Below are positions 1 through 6,692 of a stretch of 9,770 bases of DNA, piece after piece. The notes beneath the pieces are model-generated. The model was not told where the DNA came from. It did no database searches and saw nothing but the letters and a program-made list of their open reading frames with translations. Each line of letters opens with the position of its first letter. Position 1 is the stretch's first letter. The position numbers were made by a program, and so were the translations under genes. The stretch covers positions 1 to 9,770 of the forward strand of contig NW_021827840.1 of the NCBI RefSeq assembly GCF_006345805.1. The letters run 5' to 3'. The DNA comes from Octopus sinensis. Taxonomy: Eukaryota.

Positions 1-784
1 ACTTTCTGGCCATCTCTTTATCAATGGGTCTATCGCAGCAGACACTCTCATCCTGTCCAAGATACTTACCGAATGCAGAGAGTGTTAAGCAGGTCATATT
101 TAATTGTTGTGCTGTCTGTTTGTTTGTTGTTTTTTTTTTGTTTTTTTTGTTGTTGTTTTGTTTTTGTTTTTTTGTAGAGGGTGGAGCAAGTTTCCCACTT
201 CTAACCATCAAGAATACAAATTTGAATTCTTCCAATGCCTTTAAAATCTTGCAAAATAAATTCCATTTACTTTTTGATTTGGTTCATTTTCTGGTTCATC
301 CAACATCAGGTTATCTACAATAATGAAAAAAAAATTTTTACTAGGTTCAGGGTATAATTTCTGTATGAACTATATTTCGTGAACGTATATGAAAATTATT
401 TTGTGAACATATATGAAAGAGAGGTCAAAAAGCAGCACTGACAAGCCAACACCTTGCGGGATGCCTTTTTGATAGTACATGGAGTTTGATTTTTTTTTGT
501 TACTTTTTCTTTTTTTTTATCATTTCTGAAAAGTAAAGCAATGTACCGAGTCTTGGTCGGCTGCTGAATTGTAGAGATCGCAATCAGTGATCGTGGAACT
601 TTAGCTAATTGCAATACTTTGATGATCCACCCATGTGGTATAGTATCAAAGGCTTCCTGGAGATCAGTCACAGCACAACTAAATCCCTGCGGTTTTTATT
701 GTCTTTTTCGTGTGTCATATCGTTGATTAGTGCCTGCTCTGTTATAGCCCTATACAGCTGTCTTTCTCCCCCACCTTGTTCATA
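1..784 (-). mobile_element. Degenerate non-LTR retrotransposon reverse transcriptase (5'-truncated fossil, R4/Dong-like RLE clade), continuing off the left edge of the window
   Basis: Manual minus-strand translation gives collinear RT motifs across frameshifts. From 781: EQGGGERQLYRAITEQALINDMTHEKDNKNRRDLVVL* (stop where W is expected). After a 1-nt shift: DLQEAFDTIPHGWIIKVLQLAKVP (ORF 396..671; motif A, D..KAFD.VPH.W). From 480: MYYQKGIPQGVGLSVLLF (motif B', GI.QGD.LS.LLF). In the same frame, IVDNLML at 321-301 (motif C, F.DDL.L, with the second Asp changed to Asn). Then FKGIG / FVFLMVRSGK (motif D region) and KYLGQDE at 67-47 (motif E). Stops, frameshifts and an A-rich insertion (about 117-173) are present. 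The clade call comes from recalled motif style (LAKVP, YLGQDE) and was not searched. Confidence 0.88.
373..418. repeat. 24-bp-period tandem duplication inside the RT fossil
   Basis: TATTTCGTGAACGTATATGAAA (373-394) vs TATTTTGTGAACATATATGAAA (397-418), 20/22 identical. It is an in-frame 8-codon duplication (SFIYVHKI / IFIYVHEI) between RT motifs B' and C. Confidence 0.85.
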
Positions 785-985
785 TGTTATATTTATATAT
801 CTGTATATGTATGCATGATTGTATATATGTATATGCACGTGTGAATATACATATATGTATGTGAGTGTATATGTGTATCTATGTATACATAGAGAGAGAC
901 GAAAGCATTCATAGGTATGTGTGTGTGTCTAAAATGTATGTATATATTATATATATATATATATATAATATATAATATATTATAT

Positions 986-1019
<34 letters not shown>

Positions 1020-1020
1020 T
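785..1020. repeat. Compound (TA)n/(TATG)n/(TG)n microsatellite
   Basis: Direct inspection; near-pure TA runs at about 941-1014. Confidence 0.9.
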
Positions 1021-1094
1021 ATACATGTTGTTTGTGTAGTAGTAGTAAAATTAGAAATAAAAAGTCCTTGGTCATAGTTATAATTTGAAAAAAA

Positions 1095-1226
1095 ATTAAT
1101 AGAAATGTCTTTTACGATAATTTTTTCCACTTCAATAACTGGAAATTTTAAATTATTAAGTCTAATAACTTATAAACATCTTATTATTAAAGTGGAAAAA
1201 TTATCAGAAAAGCCATTTCTATTAAT
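1095..1226. repeat. Inverted repeat (about 44-bp arms, 45-bp spacer); MITE-like or fold-back element
   Basis: Left arm 1095-1138 ATTAATAGAAATGTCTTTTACGATAATTTTTTCCACTTCAATAA. The reverse complement of 1184-1226 is ATTAATAGAAATGGCTTTTCTGATAATTTTTCCACTTTAATAA (4 mismatches, 1 indel). The match extends loosely to 1083/1236. Confidence 0.85.
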
Positions 1227-1246
1227 ATTTTCGAATATACATATAT

Positions 1247-1248
<2 letters not shown>

Positions 1249-1286
<38 letters not shown>

Positions 1287-1796
1287 TATGGATGGATGGA
1301 TGGATGGATGGATGGATAAATGTATGTATAAAGGTATGTACGTACGTACGTATGTATGTATGTGTGTATGTATGTATGTATGTATGTATGTATGCATGTA
1401 TGTATGAATGTATGTATGTTCGTACGTACGTATGTATGTGTGTGTGTATGTATGTATGTACGTATGTATGTGTGTATGTATGTATGTATGTATGTATGTA
1501 TGTATGTATGTATGTATGAATGTATGTATGTATGTATGTATGTATGTATGTATGTATGTATGTATGTACGTACGTATGTGTGTATGTATGTATGTATGTA
1601 TGTATGTATGTATGTACGTATGTGTGTATGTGTGTATGTATGTATGTATGTATGTATGTATGAATGTATGTATGTATGTAGTATGTAGTTATGTATGTAT
1701 GTAGTATGTATGTAGTATGTATGTATGTAGGTATGTATGTACGTACGTACGTATGTGTATGTATGTAGTATGTATGTATGTATGATGTACGTATTG

Positions 1797-1828
<32 letters not shown>

Positions 1829-1850
1829 TGTATGTATGTATATGTGTATG
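1249..1850. repeat. (AC)18 + (ATGG)n + long degenerate (TATG)n tetranucleotide array
   Basis: AC repeat 1249-1284, ATGG about 1288-1317, TATG with TACG/TGTG/TAG variants about 1320-1850. Confidence 0.95.
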
Positions 1851-1852
1851 TA

Positions 1853-2207
1853 AGGCTGCTAGATTGTGGAATCGTTAGAGCCTTAGAAAAAATGTTTCAT
1901 TGTATTTGTTCTGAATTGAAAATCCCACCAAGATCAACTATCATTTTTTTTCGGGATCAACGCGATTAAGTATTTGTCGATGGTATCGACTAATCCTAAC
2001 CACACACTATTAAAATTGCTGGTCTGATACCTAAATCATTTCTTTCGGCTCTTTACGTTCAGATTGCAAATTCCGCCAAGATCGACTTTGCGTTTCATTC
2101 TTTCAGAGTCGATAAAATAAATGCCTGTTGAACACTGAGGTCGATGTAATCGACTAGCCCTTATCCTCCAAATTTTCAGATCTTGTGCTAAAAGTTGAAA
2201 CCATTAT
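1853..2207 (+). mobile_element. Old, diverged two-unit copy of SINE family A
   Basis: Aligns by eye to the copy at 4364. The head GGCTGCTAGATTGTGGAATCGTTAG resembles GGCGGCGAGCTGGCAGAAACGTTAG, and the first unit has hairpin GTCGATGGTATCGAC (1976-1990). The second unit (about 2041-2207) has TTACGTTCAGATTGCAAATTCCGCCAAGATCGACTTTGC...GTCGATGTAATCGAC and a tail ...AAATTTTCAGATCTTGTGCTAAAAGTTGAAACCATTATT. Confidence 0.7.
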
Positions 2208-2230
2208 TGTTGTTTTTGTGGTGGTTTTTC

Positions 2231-2280
2231 ATTATTATTATAATTATTATTATTATTACTATTATTATTATTATTATTAC

Positions 2281-2326
<46 letters not shown>
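2231..2326. repeat. (TAT)n microsatellite with TAC interruptions
   Basis: Direct inspection. Confidence 0.95.
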
Positions 2327-2404
2327 TAATTGTTACTTATTTTTCGTTATCATCCTGCTTTTGTACACGGACTTTTTTAAACGGATAAAACCCTTTGTAA
2401 CTTT

Positions 2405-2468
2405 CGTCCTGTGTTTTGTCCCCTTATGTTTTGATTTTTGTTAGCCCTTGTGGCCAATAAACGAAAGA

Positions 2469-2522
<54 letters not shown>
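2405..2522 (+). mobile_element. 3' tail fragment of SINE family A running into (ATT)n
   Basis: TTTTGTCCCCTTATGTTT...TTAGCCCTTGTGGCCAATAAACGAAAGAA resembles the tail TTTGTCCCCTCTATGTTTAGCCCCTTGTGGGTAGTAAAGAAATA of the 6148 copy. It is followed directly by (ATT)n at 2469-2522. Confidence 0.6.
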
Positions 2523-2550
2523 TTGTTCTTATTATTGTTTCATCGTTTAG

Positions 2551-2677
2551 CCATGAAGGTGGACAAGTTAATAGCCAGTGTACGCACGAAGACCAGATGC
2601 CCTTGTTATAAATGTGTCAACAAAAACAAAGGATATTTAATCATGGTTGCCTTGGTGGGAAAGATGTACCGAAACGT
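2551..2677 (+). CDS. Candidate internal exon (127 nt, phase 1 to phase 2), product unknown
   Basis: Pyrimidine-rich acceptor ...TTGTTTCATCGTTTAG| (AG 2549-2550), donor |GTAAGT (2678-2683), and a single open frame (A)MKVDKLIASVRTKTRCPCYKCVNKNKGYLIMVALVGKMYRN(V). No homology or partner exon established. Confidence 0.25.
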
Positions 2678-2850
2678 GTAAGTAAGGAAATTATTCAATT
2701 AAATTTGACAAATGTTAAATCGGAGAAAGTGATGTGGAGTTCTTGGCAATCGTGCTTTGAACCAGTGAAAGAATGGCTCAGTAAGGAAATCTTTTTTGTG
2801 TGTGTGTGGAAAGATTTCCCTTGCGTGTTTGGTTACCACCCTGATAATGC

Positions 2851-3332
2851 CAATGATGATGGTGGTGGTGCAGTGGTAGTGGTGGTGGTAGTGGTGGTGG
2901 TGGTAGTGGTGGTCGCGGTGGTGCTGGTGGTGCTGGTGGTGCTGGTGGTGCTGGTGGTGGCGGCGGCGGCGTCTTTGAAGAGGCGGAGGAAGTGGAGGAG
3001 GACGCGAAGGAAATGGAGGAGGAGGAAAAGGAAGAAGAAGAAGAAGAGGAGGAGGAGGAGGAAAGAGAAGAGGGAGAAAGAGAAGAGGAGAAGGAAGAGG
3101 AGGGGAGGAGGAGAAGGAGAATGTTTTAAAAAACCTCTGCATCATCATCATCATGGACTTTATTATCAGCTTCAACATCTCTATCATCATCATCATCATT
3201 ATCGTCGCCATTATCACCATCATAAATATCACCATCATCATTACCATCGTCATTATCATCACCACCGTTATCACGGATTCCATTATGATCATCATCAACA
3301 ATAACAACAACAAAAACTATACCAACAACAAC
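2851..3332. repeat. Compound trinucleotide low-complexity tract: (GGT/GGC)n - (GGA/GAA)n - (CAT/CAC)n - (AAC)n
   Basis: GGT-type about 2855-2970, purine-rich GGA/GAA about 2977-3120, CAT/CAC about 3141-3295, AAC about 3296-3332. Confidence 0.9.
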
Positions 3333-3501
3333 AGCACTTTTGTTCTTCAACCAACATCTTGACAATGTTACAGTATTTCATTTCCTTACAGCACTTCAGG
3401 ACCTGCACTTCGTCATTTTGTCTGTTTTTCAGCTCAAAAAATTTCGCTTAGTAATGTTGGCGATACAATGCGAACTACCAGACTCTCGCTTCGTTGTCTT
3501 G

Positions 3502-3555
3502 CACACACACACACACACACACCCAACGTCACAGCCACCTATATAGTAGTAGTAT

Positions 3556-3588
<33 letters not shown>

Positions 3589-3609
3589 AATTTGAACTCA
3601 AAAGCCTAT

Positions 3610-3648
<39 letters not shown>
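3502..3648. repeat. (CA)n, (TAG)n and (TA)n microsatellites
   Basis: CA 3502-3522, TAG 3544-3588, TA 3607-3648. Confidence 0.95.
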
Positions 3649-3649
<1 letters not shown>

Positions 3650-3651
<2 letters not shown>

Positions 3652-3835
3652 AGAGTTCACGAAAAAAGCAAAAGACGAAGACAGGTGGTGTACAAAACAA
3701 ACAAATGTATTAGTATAACGCTCAGGAATTAAAAAAGTATTTTACGTTTCGAGCCTACGCTCTTCTTCAGAAAGGGACGCAGAAAAAAAACAAGTAGAGA
3801 AAAAAATGTGTGTAGTAGCTACCGATCTATCATGG
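3650..3835 (-). mobile_element. Short Penelope-like (pLTR-type) repeat remnant
   Basis: The minus strand contains CTGAAGAAGAGCGTAGGCTCGAAACGT, the GAAGA...CGAAACGT style of motif known from Penelope-like element terminal repeats, and the unit ends in (TA)n. Boundaries are approximate. The family assignment is from recall. Confidence 0.5.
3740..3773 (-). ncRNA. Minimal type-I hammerhead-ribozyme-like motif
   Basis: Minus strand TTT-CTGAAGA-A-GAGC-GTAG-GCTC-GAAA-C-GT-A-AAA. It has an intact CUGANGA and GAAA core, a perfect 4-bp stem II with a tetraloop, one extra A after A9, a palindromic ACGT in place of stem III, a GUA triplet and a 3-bp stem I. Confidence 0.45.
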
Positions 3836-3855
3836 CGACTGCCGGACAACACGAC

Positions 3856-4005
3856 TCAGTTTCTATTAACCAAATCCACTCACCAGGCTTTGGTCAGCCC
3901 GAGGTTATAGTAGAAAACACTTGCCGAAGGTGCTACGCAGTGGGGCTGAACCTGGAGCCATGCTGTTGGGAAATAAAAGTCTTACCACACAGCTACTCGT
4001 GCACC
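3856..4005 (-). mobile_element. 5' (tRNA-like head) fragment of SINE family C
   Basis: The reverse complement GGTGCACGAGTAGCTGTGTGGTAAG...CCAGGTTCAGCCCCACTGCGTAGCACC...CCAAAGCCTGGTGAGTGGATTTGGTTAATAGAAACTGA aligns with 6471-6620 of this window. Degenerate A and B boxes are present. Similarity stops after GAAACTGA. Confidence 0.85.
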
Positions 4006-4363
4006 TCTAGAGAACTTTCTTCTTTTTATTTTGTAGTACAGAGTTTAAATTAAAATATAATTTCAGTAAAGGATCGTGTATATGACAGTTGAATTATTAA
4101 GAACTGATGTTTAAATCAGATATGATGCCAATATTACCGCGATCAATTGTCTATTAAAAATAGCAATATGGCTTCTCACAGTATCTGATGATGACAAGCC
4201 AAAAGAATAAAGAAACGGCAAGCTGTAATCGCTCAGTTGTAAAGTACACATCGTCTCATGTTAAATTTAATTACAAACTGAACGTTCCTATACCAAAATA
4301 CTAAATCGTAAAATATGAAATATCAGTTACTGCATCTGCCCAACGCATTGTTGCTAACGTCAA

Positions 4364-4765
4364 GGCGGCGAGCTGGCAGAAACGTTAGCACGCCGGGCGA
4401 AATGCTTAGCAGTATTTCGGCTGCCGTTACGTTCTGAGTTCAAATTCCGCCGAGGTCGACTTTGCCTTTCATCCTTCCGGAGTCGATTAAATAAGTACCA
4501 GTTACGCACTGGGGTCGATGTAATCGACTTAATTCGTTTGTCTGTCTTTGTTTGTCCCTTCTGTGTTTAGCCCCTTGTGGGTAGTAAAGAAATAAGTATT
4601 TCGTCCGTCTTCACATTCTGAGTTCAATTTACGCCGAGGTCGGCTTTGACTTTCATCCTTTTGAGGTCGACAAATTACATACTAGTGAAGCATTGGGATC
4701 GATGTAATCGACCAGTCCCCTCCCACAAAATTTTAGGCCTTGTGCCTATAGTAGAAAGGATTATT
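4364..4765 (+). mobile_element. SINE family A, dimeric copy (full monomer 4364-4595 + head-less monomer 4596-4765) with a shared TSD
   Basis: tRNA-like head with B box GAGTTCAAATTCC (4436-4448). The core ...GAGGTCGACTTTGCCTTTCATCC...GTCGATGTAATCGAC is repeated in the second unit with a different 3' tail. Flanked by ATTGTTGCTAAC (4347-4358) and ATTATTGCTAAC (4760-4771). Highly similar to 6148-6375. Confidence 0.92.
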
Positions 4766-4797
4766 GCTAACTGCACCGAATCTTAATACAATGTGAA

Positions 4798-5102
4798 GGC
4801 ACATGGCTTAGTGGTTAGGGTACTCGAATCACGGCCGTAAGGGCGTGAGATCGATTCCCGGTGGTGCTTTGTGTCCTTCAGAAAGACGCTTTATTTTACA
4901 CGGCTGGCAAAAATGAGCTGCATCTGTAATTCAAAGGGGTCAGCCTTGTCCCATTCTGTGTCAAGCTGAATCTCACTGAGAACTACGTTAGGGGTTACAC
5001 GTGTCTGTGGAGTGCTCAGCCACTTGCACATTAATTTCCCGAGCAGGCTGTTCCGTTGATCGGTTCAACTGGAACACTCGTCGTCGTAACCGACGGAGTG
5101 CC
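4798..5102 (+). mobile_element. tRNA-derived SINE family B, copy 1
   Basis: A box TGGCTTAGTGG (4804-4814), degenerate B box AGATCGATTCC (4848-4858), then TGTGTCCTT...GAC.CTTTATTT. The 3' end is ...CGTAACCGACGGAGTGCC. Collinear with the second copy at 5159-5460. Confidence 0.9.
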
Positions 5103-5110
5103 TCATAAGT

Positions 5111-5152
5111 TATGTATGTATGTATGTATGTATGTGTGTATGTACGTACGTA
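5111..5152. repeat. (TATG)n microsatellite between the two family B SINEs
   Basis: Direct inspection. Confidence 0.9.
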
Positions 5153-5158
5153 TTCATG

Positions 5159-5460
5159 AGTGGATTAGATCTTAGGGTATTTGGCTCACGAGTTCGATTC
5201 TTAGTTTTGCGTTGTGTCCTTGAGCAAGACACTTTATTTCACGCTGTTCCAGTTCCAATTAGCTAGCAAAAATGAGTAGTGCCTGTATTTCAAAGGGACC
5301 AGCCTTTTCATGTTCTGTGCCACGCTGAATCTCCTTGAGAACTACGCTAAGGTTATGCGTGACTGTGGAGTATTCAGCCACTTACACGTTAATATCGCGA
5401 GGAGGCTGTTCTGTCGGTTGGATCAACTGGAGCAATTATAGTCGAAACCGACGAAGTGCC
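5159..5460 (+). mobile_element. tRNA-derived SINE family B, copy 2 (more diverged head)
   Basis: B box GAGTTCGATTC, TGTGTCCTTGAGCAAGACACTTTATTTCACG, and 3' end GAAACCGACGAAGTGCC. Aligns along its length with 4798-5102. Confidence 0.9.
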
Positions 5461-6145
5461 AGTTAATACGATAACAGAATTTATGAGATTTCACTTTCAC
5501 TTAAGTGTCATTGGTCAACTAGAGCAGAGATGATCAAGGGTTAATAAACAACAACAAAAAGGAAACAGCAACAATAAGAGAAATAAAACAACAAAACCGA
5601 GAATAATAACAGCAAAGAGAAGTTTTTTTTTTTTCTATTGTTTAGTCCGAGCGAGCTTTTTGATCCAACAGAATTATAACTCAAAGGCATTCAAGCCGGA
5701 ACCATCACATTTTTATTTTATTTTTTTCTGGCATGATTCTACATTCTTCGAGGTGTCCTTATTTTTTTTTCAAGACAGTAAAGTATGATTTCGAGGAAGA
5801 TTTGGGTGTTGTTTATAGCAAATCAAACGACTACGTAAAAGATTTCTTATTGGCTTGAGACTCTCAAGGTTATAAAAACTGGAAGTGGTTTAAAGAAGTG
5901 TTTACGTCACGTATGAATAATGGATTCTTTCTATAGAGAGATAAAAACAGATAACTATTCTAGTTGGTGTGAGGATGTAAGAGGGAATGCTACAAAGACT
6001 TGAGAACAAAGAACTGTGTTATGAAAACTTGAGCTTCAGGAAGTAACCAGGAAAAGTTTAAAATGTGGTTTTACAGATCTGCCTAAATAAATGTTAAGCC
6101 TTCAGCATTTGGAAAATGCTAACGTATACCTAATGGTATAATAAC

Positions 6146-6375
6146 TCGGCGAGCTGGCAGAAACGTTAGCACGCCAGACGAAATGCTTAGCGGTATTTCG
6201 TCTGCCGTTACGTTGTGAGTTCAAATTCCGCTGAGGTCGACTTTGCCTCTCATCCTTTCGGGGTCGATAAATTAAGTACCAGTTACGCACTGGGGTCGAT
6301 GTAATCGACTTAATACCTATGTCTGACCTTGTTTGTCCCCTCTATGTTTAGCCCCTTGTGGGTAGTAAAGAAATA
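6146..6375 (+). mobile_element. SINE family A, monomeric copy with an 11-bp TSD
   Basis: Close match to 4364-4595 over about 230 bp. Flanked by perfect direct repeats GGTATAATAAC (6135-6145 and 6376-6386). Confidence 0.95.
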
Positions 6376-6380
6376 GGTAT

Positions 6381-6456
6381 AATAACACTTTCTGATTTTG
6401 GCACAAAGTCAAAGATTTTGAAAGGAGGGGATAAGTTGTTGTCATCGACTCCAGTG
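6381..6456 (-). mobile_element. Older 3' fragment of SINE family A (second tail type), antisense
   Basis: The reverse complement CACTGGAGTCGATGACAACAACTTATCCCCTCCTTTCAAAATCTTTGACTTTGTGCCAAAATCAGAAAGTGTTATT resembles the tails at about 4690-4765 and 2133-2207. Confidence 0.7.
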
Positions 6457-6470
6457 TGTGTGTGTGTGTA

Positions 6471-6648
6471 GGCACAGGCGTGGATGTGCAGTACGAAGTT
6501 TGCTTCCCAACCACATGGTTCTGGGTTCATTCCCACTGCGTAGCACTTTTAGCAAACATCTTCTACAATAGCCTGGACCAGACCAAAGCCTTGGAATGGA
6601 TTTGGTAGACGGAAACCGAAAGAAGCCCGTCGTATATATATATATGTG

Positions 6649-6692
<44 letters not shown>

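Noticed and set aside
24-323. 99-aa plus-strand ORF, apparent acceptor TTTTGTAG (177), minus-strand acceptor (315-316) and donor GTAAGT (69-64)
   Set aside because: All lie within the antisense RT fossil. The minus-strand 'donor' is the G-K-Y codons of KYLG, the minus-strand 'acceptor' is the V-D codons of motif C, and the T tract is a simple-repeat insertion.
909-1969. ORFs of 63-110 aa rich in YI / MYVC repeats
   Set aside because: They are translations of (TA)n and (TATG)n microsatellites, which lack stops in those frames.
2185-2681. Poly-Tyr and poly-Ile ORFs
   Set aside because: They are (TAT)n/(ATT)n translations. Only the unique 2551-2677 part is kept, as a weak exon candidate.
2612-3365. 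Longest ORFs (230 aa +, 204 aa -) with poly-V, K/R/E and H tracts
   Set aside because: Both strands are open because of trinucleotide repeats. There is no recognisable domain or splice context, and such tracts are commonplace in this kind of genome.
3808-4053. 81-aa ORF; likewise ORFs 6102..6290, 6317..6514, 6348..6536, 6442..6753
   Set aside because: They are antisense or sense read-throughs of SINE sequence and microsatellites, with no coding signal.
4185-4218. CTGATGA...GAAAC resembling a second hammerhead core
   Set aside because: The intervening TGACAAGCCAAAAGAATAAA cannot form stem II.
4798-4870. tRNA-like sequences (also 4364, 5159, 6148, 6471, and 4005 on the minus strand)
   Set aside because: A/B boxes are present but there is no complete cloverleaf or acceptor stem, and each continues into a SINE body. 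They are SINE heads, not tRNA genes.
4783-5469. TTAATAC on both sides of the family B pair as a possible TSD
   Set aside because: It is only 7 bp in AT-rich DNA and is offset 8 bp from the element start, so chance is likely.
5640-5850. Segment resembling another octopus interspersed repeat (CAAAGGCATTC.AGCC...GATTTGG.TG.T.TTT.TAGCA)
   Set aside because: The resemblance is from memory only. There is no second copy or structural hallmark in this window to support it.
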